Below are positions 51,655 to 63,777 of a DNA stretch of 64,000 nt, piece by piece. The position numbers and the translations under genes are program-made. The notes under the pieces were generated by a model. That model was not told where the DNA came from and searched no databases. It saw only the letters and a list, made by a program, of their open reading frames with translations. Position 1 is the first letter of the stretch; each line of letters starts with the position of its first letter. The DNA is from Octopus vulgaris (lineage: Eukaryota), in assembly GCA_951406725.2 (NCBI GenBank), contig OX597831.1, positions 42,904,001 to 42,968,000 on the forward strand. Direction: 5' to 3'.

Positions 51655-54576
51655 ATAATAATAATAATAATAATAATTGTGTACAGTGCTCAGGTGCACT
51701 ACAACTCATCTAAAGTGTATATATAATCAGGTGAAGTTTCGGCGGATTTCGGAAAGCATGAGGGCCTTAAAAGATGCAGTGTCATGGCAGTCAACAACTG
51801 ACGCAGGCAGTTTATTCCATGCTTCAGCAACTCTGAGCGTGAAAAAATGTTTCCGAAAGTCATGGGAGCTGTATTGTTTTCTGACTTTGTAGGCATGTCC
51901 ACGTGTGTTAGACACATGGAGATCAAAAAGGTGTTCAGTGTTGTTGTTGGTGAGGTGGTTGATAACTTTGTGGGTGTTTACCAAGTCCGTCGCCAAACGC
52001 CGGAGCTTCAGTGAATCCATGCCCAGGGAAACAAGGCGCTCAGAATATGGTAGGTGTCTGATGGAGGGTATGCGTTTGGTTGCACGTCTCTGGACAGATT
52101 CCAGGAGGTCAATGTTCTGTGCAAGATAGGGGTTCCAAACTGATGATGCGAATTCCAAGTGTGGTCGTACCATAGCTGTATACAGTTTTAAATAGATGGC
52201 TGGAGAGCGGCTAACAAAAGACCTGCTGAGTGATGCCAAGACACCCTCGGCCTTCCTGACAATCTTAGAGATATGCTTTGACCAACGCAAATCACTGCTG
52301 ACAGTGATGCCTAGGTCACGCTCGCAAGAGGATTTCTTGATATCAGTGTTGTGGAGGGAGTATGTGAACGCAGGGTTTTTTCTCCCAAAATGCATGGTGG
52401 TACACTTGTCCACAGCCAGTTTCAGTTGCCAGTCTGTGATCCATTGCTGCATTGTGTCTAGGTCTGATTGCAGGAAAGAGTTGTAGACATCAGGATCTGT
52501 CCTCTTGATTTCAAGGTACAGCTTGATGTCGTCTGCATATTTCAATACTGTGGCATTCTTTAAATTGGCATCTATGTCGTTAATGTATGCCACAAACAAG
52601 AGGGGGCCAAGGACAGATCCCTGTGGTACACCCGATGACATCTCATATGGTGTAGAGTGCTGTCCTAGAACTGTGACTACCTCCTTTCGGCTGAGGATGA
52701 AGGATTTCAACCAGTTAAAAAGGTCATCCCCCACACCCATTGCAGAGAGTTTCACCATAAGCCTTTTGTGTGGCACAGAGTTGAAAGCCTTAGCAAAGTC
52801 AAGGTAGACAACATCCACCCATGAGCCACTGTCAGTAATCTGAGTAATGTCCTCAAGGAACTCGACAAGCTGGTCACCGCAGCTGGAGTTAGGGACAAAT
52901 CCATATTGTGAGGGTCGGATGAGACTGTGAGAGCTCCAGAAGTTCCAGAGTGTTTCTCTGACACACGATTCCATCAGTTTTGCAATACAGCTAGTGAGAC
53001 TGACTGGGCGATAGTTGACAGGTGATGTGCGGTCGCCCTTTTTGAACAGAGGAATGACACTGGCAGTTTTCCACTGCTCCGGAGTAGCACCATTGTTGAG
53101 ACAGTACTGGAAGAAAATAGAAAGCTGGTGTAAAAGGAAGTGCCTGCCACGTTTGAGAAGCAGGTATGTAACTCCATCGAGACCAGGGGAGGCATAGTTG
53201 CGCTTATTTTGAAGGTGACGTCGCAGCATTGCAGGTGTAAATTCCATAGTTGTTATGGAGTTTGCTGTTAGTGATGGTGAAGATGGTACATTTTGACTTT
53301 CAACAGTGAATATGTTTGCATAGCACTCGGCAATGAGTTCTGCGCATTCCTTGGGGTCGTCAGTGATCTGGTTTGTGTGAGGGTTGCGAAGAGGGCCCAC
53401 TGGAGAGTGAGGTCTCTGCTTTGAGTGCACATATTTCCAGAAAACCTTGCTGTCAGGATTGGCTGCTATGCACTGTTCAAATTCAAGCACTGCTTTTTTT
53501 GTCACTTGCTTGAGATGGTTGGAGGATTTATTCCGCTTCTTCCTGTTGGTGTCTGATTTATGCAACCTGTATTCCCGTTCAGCAGTCCGACGTTCCCTCC
53601 TGGCAAGTCGGACCGCTGAAGTTTCCCAAATTGCCCTTTTGGGGCGGTTCTTCTTTTTTTGTTTACGTGGCACTGATGCTGCACATGCTGCCCATATTGA
53701 GTCCAGGATACTCTGGAGTATAGTATTCACATCTCCAGAGTTGTAGAATTCACGCCAGTTTGGGTGCTGTAGTTCAGTGTGGTACAGGTTCCAATCTGCT
53801 CTCTTCCAATCGAAGGAAGCAGATTGGAGATGGTTCAGGTTTTTGTTGCCCGCAAGAGCCAGATTGGCGATGATCATAGCATGATCAGAGTCACCTAGAG
53901 GTTCCTCCGTAGTGCAATTGATAACCGCTTCAGGAGTTGTGGTGAAGAGCAGGTCCAAGGTGTTGTCGCCTCTTGTTGGAGAGGTGACTACTTGTGACCA
54001 GTTTGAGTCCAGCACAAGCTCAACAAAATCGTTTGCACTCTGTGGCCAATGGAAGGTCTCCCAATCGATCTCAGGATGATTGAAATCGCCTGCAATAAAC
54101 ACATAAGTGGCTGTTTTCCTGGCAGCAGCTCGGAGGACATTGCAAAGCTGTGTGTCCCGATGGTAACTTGGGGGACGATAAACAACGCCAAGCAGGAGTG
54201 TTGACATGGTCATACGCACGTCACAGAAAAAAACTTCTTCTTGTGATTCGTTCAAATCGGCACAAGGAATTACCAAAAAATTTGAACGAACGTAGACCAT
54301 CACACCACCACCACGGCGGTTAGTGCGGTCCTTACGGAAGAGGTTGTACCCCGTAATGTTGAAAACCCCATCACAGAGTAAGGAATGCGCCCATGTTTCC
54401 GTGACAGTGATGAAGTCAGGGTCAACACTTCTGACGTAGGCGTTGAACAAATGTATTTTGTTGCATAAACTGCGAGCATTTAAGGACAACAATTTGTACC
54501 CTGCTCGCAGTTTATGATGGTGTGTAGAGGATGGCAGGTTGTTCTGGCTTAGTTTCCCTGAGTTGCTGTAGTTTTT
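51655..54576 (-). mobile_element. CR1-like LINE, 5'-truncated just upstream of ORF2, with (ATT)n tail
   Basis: Uninterrupted ORF2, ~50-nt 3' UTR, (ATT)n tail at 51655-51677; sharp GC rise relative to flanks. Confidence 0.93.
51727..54492 (-). CDS. LINE ORF2: apurinic endonuclease plus reverse transcriptase (CR1-like), 921 aa, no AUG start
   Basis: APE motifs NARSL, VTETW, GGGV, YRPP, GDFN, LDL, SDH; RT motifs PGLDG, YRPVSL, QYGF, LDFAKAF, GVPQGSVLGPLLF, YADD, DLG. Confidence 0.93.
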   Translation of the reverse strand: MLSLNARSLCNKIHLFNAYVRSVDPDFITVTETWAHSLLCDGVFNITGYNLFRKDRTNRRGGGVMVYVRSNFLVIPCADLNESQEEVFFCDVRMTMSTLLLGVVYRPPSYHRDTQLCNVLRAAARKTATYVFIAGDFNHPEIDWETFHWPQSANDFVELVLDSNWSQVVTSPTRGDNTLDLLFTTTPEAVINCTTEEPLGDSDHAMIIANLALAGNKNLNHLQSASFDWKRADWNLYHTELQHPNWREFYNSGDVNTILQSILDSIWAACAASVPRKQKKKNRPKRAIWETSAVRLARRERRTAEREYRLHKSDTNRKKRNKSSNHLKQVTKKAVLEFEQCIAANPDSKVFWKYVHSKQRPHSPVGPLRNPHTNQITDDPKECAELIAECYANIFTVESQNVPSSPSLTANSITTMEFTPAMLRRHLQNKRNYASPGLDGVTYLLLKRGRHFLLHQLSIFFQYCLNNGATPEQWKTASVIPLFKKGDRTSPVNYRPVSLTSCIAKLMESCVRETLWNFWSSHSLIRPSQYGFVPNSSCGDQLVEFLEDITQITDSGSWVDVVYLDFAKAFNSVPHKRLMVKLSAMGVGDDLFNWLKSFILSRKEVVTVLGQHSTPYEMSSGVPQGSVLGPLLFVAYINDIDANLKNATVLKYADDIKLYLEIKRTDPDVYNSFLQSDLDTMQQWITDWQLKLAVDKCTTMHFGRKNPAFTYSLHNTDIKKSSCERDLGITVSSDLRWSKHISKIVRKAEGVLASLSRSFVSRSPAIYLKLYTAMVRPHLEFASSVWNPYLAQNIDLLESVQRRATKRIPSIRHLPYSERLVSLGMDSLKLRRLATDLVNTHKVINHLTNNNTEHLFDLHVSNTRGHAYKVRKQYSSHDFRKHFFTLRVAEAWNKLPASVVDCHDTASFKALMLSEIRRNFT

Positions 54577-55473
54577 TTAGTTATTGTGGGTAGAGAGCAT
54601 ATTTTTTTGTTTGTTTTATTTCAAAGACAAATTAGACAGTTGCAGTTTTCACTATATAAGAAGAGCTTGGCTACAGCCAGAATTCCTTTTGATCATGGGT
54701 CTGCTTGATCGTGACTGACCTGGGGCTAAACAGCCACCACAACTATTGCCACTACCACCAAGGCCACCACCACCAACTGATCATTTGTCTTAATAATTCA
54801 ATACAAATTTTAAATATCTCTATATAGGTTTTGATTGCTCAACTCAGAAATAATGGACAGTAGAAACCTTTCTACAGGTTTCTGTCATTCTCTCTCTCTC
54901 TCTCTCCTTCCCTCCCCTACCTCACTCTCCTGCTTTCTTTGAATACACAGTTGTTTAACTACTTGTTTACAAACGAAACAAACAAAGAAAAAAATAGAAA
55001 AGAAAAAGACAAAGTGCAAGAGAAATCAATCACCCAGAAAATTTAGTTCACATAAAACAGGACCACACCTAGTAAGAACAAAAACAAAATGAGAAAGAAA
55101 AGAAGGAAGCAACAGAGAAAAAAAAGAGGAAAATAGAAAAGAAAAAGTAAGCAAAAGGAAAGAAAAGAAACAAAAAAAAAAAAGGAAAGAAAATTTTTTT
55201 TTTGCTCTTCATACATCTACATGGCTGTAAACTTATTTCTATATTCTGGTGTGGTTGATTAGTCAGCAGTTCAAACGTGTTTCAGACTTTGGGATTTCAG
55301 ACTATTGGAATTTCACATGCTTTCATCTCTCCCTATTTTTAAAGGTATCAAAAAGTTGCCCTGCACATAATGCAGTTCTATTATGAATAAGAGACTGAGT
55401 GTTGTAAGTTAGGGAACTGGATAAGCGCAAGACCAACAGGCACAATAGTTGCTAGTAATAATAATAATATATT

Positions 55474-55791
55474 CATTATTTACATTTGATGGACATTTGT
55501 CCTCATCTTGTTTGTTGTTAACACAAGGTTTCAGCTGATGTACTCTCCAGCTTTCATCAGGTATCCTGGGGGAATTTCAAACCTGGGTTTTCATTCCTAA
55601 GGTTTTTTCCAATGTTATTATTATTATTATTCAGGTTACTGCTTGGAATCGAACTCATGTGGTGTAGTGATTAAGAGCACGGGCTACTAACCCCAAGATT
55701 CTGTGTTCGATTCCAAGTAGTAACCTGAATAATAATAATAATAATAATAACATTGGAAAAATACCTTTGGAATTAGAACTCAGGTTCGAAA
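55474..55791. mobile_element. Second locus of the tRNA-head/hammerhead SINE, again as a head-to-head inverted pair
   Basis: Minus strand 55656 to 55474: B-box to tail with gatac-CTGATGA-aagctg..cagct-GAAA-cctt-gtgtt. Plus strand 55657-55791: tRNA head and linker. Confidence 0.8.
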
Positions 55792-55860
55792 ACGATGATG
55801 AGGATGATATATATATATCATTCTCATCATCGTTTAACATCTGCTTTCCGTGTGTGTGTG

Positions 55861-55904
<44 letters not shown>

Positions 55905-58663
55905 CACACACACACACACAATGGTCTTCTTTCAGTTTCCGTCTATCAAATCCACTCACAAGGCTTTGGACAGCCTGAGGCTATAGTAGAAGATACTTGT
56001 CCAAGGTGCCATGGAATCTGAACTCAGAATGTAAAGTCAGAAGAAATGCTGCTATGCACTTTGGCTGGAACAGTAAGGCTTCTACCAGCTCACAGCCATA
56101 TACTATAATAAGATATTGAAAACCAGCTAAATTATGGGAGCCTGTTAGCACAAACTTATGAAAATTTGCTTACATACATCAACAACTATGTAGAGAGGTC
56201 ACATCATCCCATTGTATCTCCATCCCCAGTAGACAAAAGCTATACTTCATATCTCTCTTTAATGACTGTATTACCTTTAAGAAACATTTTTTGGTTAGCT
56301 AAAGGAAAATTTTCTGGGAAAAGACGGAAGTTAAGTTAAACTTTAATTCACCCATTTACATTTTGTAATGCATGAATGACAACAAAACCACAATGAGGGG
56401 GCATCACTCATTGGCCAAGTGCAATAAAAGCCAGAAATTTGAGTCTTACATCCTGTATGAGTTCTCTATACAGTTTATCTGAAGTATAAAATCAAAATAC
56501 GGTACTTGCATAATGTAGTTTATTTATGATAAATTTAAGGCTTCATACTTTATTCCACCATACTGTTACAGTATTATATTTACATGCACAGAATCATGCA
56601 TTTTCCTCAACAAGACCTCTTCAAAATATCTCTCAATACGTGTATGAAGAAAAGGGCAGTGAGCTGGCAGAATTGTTAGCACACCAGGCAAGATGCTTAG
56701 CAGCATTTCGTCTGTCTATGTTCTGAGTTCATATTCCACCGAGGTTGACTTTTCCTTTCATCTTCTCGGGGTCAATAAAATACGTCCCAGTTGAACACTT
56801 GAAGTTCATTTAATCGATTTAGTCTCTCCCCCAAAATTGCTGGCCATGTACCAAAATCTGAAACCAACATGCGAATGTAGAAATATACTAAGTTTGTTTT
56901 TCCTTTTCTCTATGAAATGCACTTGTAAAAATAGCAATATGTTTTATGTAAGAGCCCATCTTACATGTCAGCAAATACAAATTTAATTCTAACAACAGGT
57001 AAACCACAAATAAAGATTCATATGAAGGTAGATACAATAATCCTTCACCATATCACAGTTCGCTTATCGCAGTTTATTACTTAAGCTTATGCCGATTCCT
57101 CTGTGGTGTTGTTTTGCATTTATAATGAAAAGCTACATGCCACCACATTTCTTCAAAACATGGTCCACAAAATTCATGAGGAAAACTTCAAGGAAAAGAA
57201 AGGACCAAAAGGGCATAAAAACAAGAAATATGTACTGTGTGGATTTCATTCGGTGGTATTTTCATTTCTGTTGTCTTTAAGCATTAGACAATGTTAGTGT
57301 TGGGTCTGCATTGTATGTGTTGTATTATTTTGTTAAGTGGAAGGTGGCGAGCTGGCACAATTGTTAGTATGCCGGGCTAAATGCTTAGCAGAATTTTGTT
57401 CATCTTTCCATTCATCATCATCATTATCATCATTGCTTAACATCCGTTTTCCATGCTAGCATGGGTTGGACGGTTTGACTGGGGTCTAAGAAGCCAGGAG
57501 GCTGCACTAGGTTCCAGTCTGATCTGGCAGTGCTTCTACAGCTGGATGCCCTTTCTAATGCCAACAACTCCATGAGTGTAGTGGGTGCTTTTTACGTGCC
57601 ACCGGCACAGGGGCCAGGGGAGGCTGGCAGCAGTCACAATTGGTTGGTGCTTTTTACAAGCCACCAGCACGGAAGCCAGTCAAGGCGGTGCTGGCATCGC
57701 CATGTTCAGATGGTGCTTTCTATGTCTCACCCGCACGGGTATCACAACTACAATTTCCATTTGATTTCTATTTTGATGTTGATGTACTTGACTCAATAGG
57801 TCTCCTCAAGCACAGAAGGTCACCCTACGATCCAAAGTAAGCACAACAGGCCATCCTGCGATCCAAGGTACTTTGGATTGGCTGGGGCTGCTATGTGAAG
57901 CTGGAGCAGGAAACAGCCATGAACTCATGTTATTTGTCGGGTCTTCACAGTCACAGCTTATCCCCAGAAGTCTCGGTCTTTCTCAAGTTCAAATTACACT
58001 GAGATCAAATTTACCTTTTAGGGTTGATAAATTAAGTATCTGTTGGTCACTGGGATTGATGTGATTGAGCTTATCCCCTACCCTGAAATTGCTGGCCTTG
58101 TGCCAAGATTTGAAAGCATTATTTTGTTAGGTGGTGTTTTCATTTCATTTGCGTAATGTTTTAGAGTCAGACAGCATTGTGTAGAGTATGCGCTGTGTAG
58201 GAGGTATTATGTTGTTAGGTGGTGTTTCAATTTTACTAATGCGATGTTTTAGTGTCAGACAGTGATTGTAGAGAGGAATTGTTGTGTAGGATGTGTCATA
58301 TAATTGGGTGGTAACCGTGTAAAATATGAGTTGTGGATTTGTTATATGTCTTAGAGGGTCAAATGGTGATTAGGATCGATCTCAGAAATAATTTACTATT
58401 TGCCATGCTAGTCATATTATATTACTGTATGGTAATCCTGTGGAATAGGAGTTGTGTGAGAGAAGTGCTATAGCAATGGATGGCAGAATACAAAGGTGAC
58501 TTCCTACTGCATGCTTTTAGATATTTTCCCTTCTTGTTTCTTTTTTTTCCCTTGTAACAAGACACTAGTCTTTTTGGAAGCATGGGTTCATATCCCTCCT
58601 CTGCTGCTAAGACAATATTTTGGGACACAGTTTTTATGTAAACCTTCACACAAATTATTACCT

Positions 58664-58896
58664 TCTTTCTTTACTACCCACAAGGGGCTAAACACAGAGA
58701 AGACAAGCAAGGACAGACAAATGGATTAAGTCGATTATATCGACCCCAGTGCGTAACTGGTACTTAATTTAACAACCCCGAAAGGATGAAAGGCAAAGTC
58801 GACCTTGGCGGAATTTGAACTCAGAATATAACGGCAGACGAAATACGGCTACGCATTTCGCCCAGCGTGCTAATGATTCTGCCAGCACGCTGCCTT
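58664..58896 (-). mobile_element. Family A SINE with 13-bp TSD
   Basis: TSD caaattat(t/c)acct at 58651-58663 and 58897-58909. Confidence 0.9.
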
Positions 58897-59690
58897 CAAA
58901 TTATCACCTGTCCTTGTAATGCCCTTTCACTGGACACTCATGTGACAAAAGAAATCATTATAATTTATCATGTTTAACACAGCAGCTTCACTTTAAAATG
59001 TAACAAAATGTCAGCTGTCAACAATCAGAGGACGAAGGTAACACTCTTCATTCAGGCTTCAAGAACTCTACCAAAATTTCAGGCTTTGTACTGAGAATGT
59101 AAAGAATTATTACTATGGCAGCAAGATAGCAGAATAGTAATGCTTAGTGACATTTCTTCAAGCTCTTTATTTTCTGAGTTGAAATACCACTGAGGCCAAC
59201 TTTGCTATTCATCCTTTCAGGGTCAATAAAACTAAAGCACCCATCAAACTATTGGGGCTGATGTAAACGACTATCCCCCACCAAAATGCAAAATGAGCTG
59301 GCAGAATCATTAGCATGCTGGACAAAATGCTTTGAAGCATTTGAGTTCAAATTCTGCTGAGATTGACTTTCGGGGCTGACACAATAAGTACTAGTTGAAC
59401 GCTGGGATCAATGTGATTGACTAGTCCCCGTCCTGAAATTTCTGGCCTTGTGCCAAAATTTGAAATCATGCTTCTTATTATTATCATTGGCAGAATCGTT
59501 AGCAGACAGGGTGAAATGCTTAGCAGTATTTCATCTGCCGCTATGTTCTGGGTTCAAATTCTGCCAGGGTTGACTTTGCTTTTCATCCTTTCAGGGTTGG
59601 TAAATAAAGTACCAGTTGAGTACTGGGGGTCAATATGATCGACTGTCCCCCTCCCCACAAAATCCAGGCCTTGCGCCTATAGTAGAAACG

Positions 59691-59727
<37 letters not shown>

Positions 59728-61043
59728 GCTGGTTTTCAGAACATTACTTACATAAAATTATGGTGGAAAATTTTAATGTAGAGCATAAATATATTAAAAT
59801 ATCAAAGTTTTGTGTCATATATCCAGACACAGTTTGTGAGTAGATTGATATTAAAAGGGTTAAAGATATTTTGCACATTTCAAATAAAAATTTGAGAATT
59901 CATAAGATGAAATGTTTCTCAATTTAAAAGATGCAGAATGAATAAACTTTCTATTTTCCAAAATCTAATAATGAAGGAGCTTCTATGCAATCAGGAAGCC
60001 TAATCCTGCTAGAAATAGCAACCATATATCTCTCTTGAATTAGTGTTATTATTGTAGAGATGAATTGGATATATGAGAGCTCTGAGTACTCTATACCTGG
60101 GGAAAAATACAGAATGGTCATATGAAGAAATGCTTTGAGATTGGGCTTGGATTAATCAGAGGTGACCAATACAAGCAATAACAGTCACATTGATGATCAC
60201 TCTAAAAGTTTACTTGGGGAGAGAAACAAAAATCATTGCACAAACTTTCTGTTTAGAAAAAGAATTACATTAAAAAAAACTTTCAGTTAAAAGTTGAATA
60301 TAATGAATCATGACAAGCGAATTTATCATGAATAAAATGACAAAATAAAAAGCAAAGAAAGAAATACAATCACAGACCTAGTACTTTGTTAGTATATAGA
60401 AAAGAACAAAACACATAAAACTGCGCTGAGTGAAAATAAAGAAATAAAAGGCGTAAAGTAGAATCTTAGTACATATGGAGTACACCCATGATGTGACATA
60501 AAAAGAAAGAAAGTAAGAACAATCGAAAGATAAAACATCACAAATAGCATGACAAAAAGCGACTACTTCAGTGAATGGAAAATACAGACAGGTTACTATA
60601 TAGCTGGATATATATAAACTAACAAACAATGAATGTTCATGAATCAGTAATTCACAATTACATAAGCAAAAACATTGCTAGATTTATGAAAAAAAAAAAA
60701 AAAGAAGTTTTTTTTAATAGTTTATTATATATTGAATTACTTTTGGGATCATTACACCAATTCACAAATAACAACCCTGAGTCATATAACAATGCTTTAT
60801 GATAACATTGACATAAAATTTACATCATCATCATCTGGACAGGCTGGGAGAGTCAATCGCAGTAGGGTTTGAACCATGGTTCTGATAATGCTTTCTACCA
60901 TCGACATGGGGCCTCAAATTTAGGGGAAGGGTCCTAATTGATTACATTAATTCCAGTGCTTGACCACTTCTTATTTTACTACGCACAAAAGGATGAAAGG
61001 CAAAGTAAAGCTTAGCAGAATTTGAACACAGAATTTGAACATT

Positions 61044-61277
61044 AAGGTGGCGAGCTGGTAGAAACGTTAGCACACCGGGCTAAATGTTTAGTGATATTTT
61101 GTCTGTCGTTACGTTCTGAGTTCAAATTCCACCGAGGTCGACTTTACCTTTCATCTTTTCAGGGTCGATAAATTAAGTACCAGTTACGCACTGGGATCGA
61201 TGTAATCGGCTTAATACCTTTGTCTGTCTTTGTTTGTCCCCTCTATGTTTAGCTCCTTGTGGGCAATAAAGAAATAA
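61044..61277 (+). mobile_element. Family A SINE nested in an older family A SINE
   Basis: Full head to tail; gaatttgaaca is duplicated on both sides. Confidence 0.85.
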
Positions 61278-61480
61278 GAATTTGAACACAGAACATAAAA
61301 TTGAGAGAAATGCCACTTAGCATTTTCTTGGAAGTTCTAATGATTCCGCAGGCTTGCTGCCCTAAGTATGGCTCAGATAATAAAAATATATAACATACGC
61401 ACGAGGCCACATATTTTGAGAAAGAGATAGTCAATTAAATGAATCTCAGTATTTGAATGGTAATATATATTATAGATATT

Positions 61481-61715
61481 CTTATTTCTTTACTGCCCAC
61501 AAGGGACTACACACAGAGGGGACAATCAAGGACAGACAAATGGATTAAGTCAATTAGATCGACCCCAGTATGCAACTGGTACTTAATTTATCGACCCCGA
61601 AAGGATGAAAGGCAAAGTCAACCTCGGTGGAATTTGAACGCAGAACATAAAGACAGATGAAATACCGCTAAGCATTTCGACTGGTGTGCTAACGTTTCTG
61701 CCAGCTCGCCACCTT
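61481..61715 (-). mobile_element. Family A SINE with TSD
   Basis: tatatattatagatatt is repeated on both flanks. Confidence 0.88.
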
Positions 61716-62249
61716 ATATATTATAGATATTATGGAAGGAAGAAAGACAACCTAAACTCTAGCACCTTCTACGTAACATCATGATGATTCAACATGTTGA
61801 TTACCATTATGATAGTATTAATCCACTCAGTGGAGCACTATCAGGACTTTCTCAAGTAGGAAATACTCGAGTGATTAGGATTTCCTTTTGCCCAGCAATG
61901 CAAGTTAATGGAATACTCAGTAATAACCCTTTCCCTTGCACTACAACCAGTAAGTGCTGTCGCACAAGCCTGTAAATGTGGTGGTTTAAGGCTAACTATT
62001 CATATTCTCTGTTATACTGCTCTGAATAACCTGATTCATTGTAGATTTGAGGGGACTCTTTATCCTTTTGGGGAAACCCTGTACACTCAGTAAAGCAGAA
62101 GGCAAATGATTTGCGACTATGTAAGGATGAGAGGACACTTTGGTTTGGCTGAGAACATGACAACCTCTCTAGTGCTGGTGCTATAATAATATACTCAGTA
62201 TGTCCTGTATGATTCACTACAAGGTTCAGTTCTTCATGTAGTGTGGTAT

Positions 62250-62630
62250 CTTGTGTGTGTCAATGACCCTGAGAGCTATGGAAGCAAAATGCAAGGTCCT
62301 GGTAAGGGCCTCATATGCTGGACAGGTCAAAGGATAGAGGGCACACTAATACGAACCGTCTGTTCCCAGAGGTAAAAACAGGTTTGTGTAGAGCTTACAC
62401 TCAACCTTGAAAAAACAGGGTTATAGAAGCATTGATGACAGTTCAAAACCAGCAAAACCTGAGAGAGGAAGGCCTTCTCTCAGGCAAAAATATGCAGCAA
62501 AATCTGAAAGGCAGAGCTGAAAATGCAGGCATTCAAGTGGAGTGAAGCAGAAAAGGCATCTCAGAGGCAAGAATATTAGAGAAAAGTTATCAAAAGCCTA
62601 TGCTCTATAGAGAACAAAGTGCTTAAATAA
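62250..62630 (+). mobile_element. Non-autonomous RTE-derived repeat, copy 2
   Basis: Colinear with 8910-9295. Confidence 0.55.
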
Positions 62631-62756
62631 ATAATTATACTCTGTACAATAGTTGCTGTTAAGAAGAGCATCAAGTAGTAGAAACCATTCCAAAAAATAG
62701 AATGTATGAGTAAAACATGGTCCCCTGACTCAACTAAGATGGCACTAAGTTCTGAG

Positions 62757-63073
62757 ATCCCCTTCGGTCACAACACAGACCATGGGATTGCACCAGGGGA
62801 TTGCACCAGGCAAGGTTGTTTATGGAAGACCAGCAGTCACCCATGCATACTGGCCTCCCTTCTCCATGCTACAAGTGTTATCCAAAGGAAAGGCAAAGGC
62901 CAATACATCTTGGCACTTGTGATGTCGCAACTCATTGCTACAGCTGAGTGAACTGGAGCAACGTGAAATAAAGTGTCTTGCTCAAGAACACACCATGCAG
63001 CCCAGTCCGGGATTCGAGCTCACAACCTCATGATCGTAAGCTCAACGCTCTAACCACTGAGCCATGCACCTTC
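62757..63073 (-). mobile_element. tRNA-derived SINE, family C variant
   Basis: Reverse complement of 28931-29268. Confidence 0.88.
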
Positions 63074-63739
63074 ACTAAGTCCAAATAAGAAGAAACGAAC
63101 TCAACTATAATAACCCATCCAACCCATTCAAGCATGGAAAGCAGATATGAAAACAGTGATGAAGATGATAATGGTGATCTCATCAACTTAGTCATCAGCA
63201 TCGTCATCATTTAGCATCTGTTTCCATGCTGGCATGGGTTAGATGGTTTGACTGGAACCAGCATGTCTATATAACAAAGAAGCTTCTAGCCATAAATATG
63301 TATTACGAGGTGACCATTATTATTATTATGTATCCTGTTATATTACTCTGCTAACCTTAAATCTTCCCGGGGATGATATTGATTGAAATAGGATAAACTC
63401 TGCAAGGCTTCATTATACCCTGACCATATTATATGAAGAATGAAGTCTTCAATAGATTCACAATGGTACAATGCTAATAGGCAGAGTCAATAATTGACCT
63501 GGCAGAAGTAGAAACCAAATCACTCTCGAGTCACACAGTACCATCTCAAAAGAAAAAAGAAAAAGAAATATTGGATAATGTATTCTTAGGCATACTATGT
63601 CAATAAAGAAAAAGTGGGAGAGGCAAGAGAGGAAACAGATGAAATGTCTTTGACTCAAGATTTGATAAACATTAATCTGGTACTAAACAACAATGACAAC
63701 AACAACAATAACAGGCCACATTTTGTGTGTGTGTGCGTA

Positions 63740-63777
<38 letters not shown>

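Noticed and set aside
56177-56277. Splice-signal-bounded segment on the minus strand (tttcttaaag|GT..AT|gtaagc)
   Set aside because: All three frames contain stops; could only be a UTR or non-coding exon, with no supporting evidence.
57032-58430. Tigger/pogo-like MITE ends
   Set aside because: The left end resembles a Tigger TIR, but the right end matches only about 9 nt; too weak to call.
61780-62245. Possible ancient LTR-integrase or host exon remnant on the minus strand
   Set aside because: Only vague resemblance, several stops and no intact DDE motif identifiable by eye.
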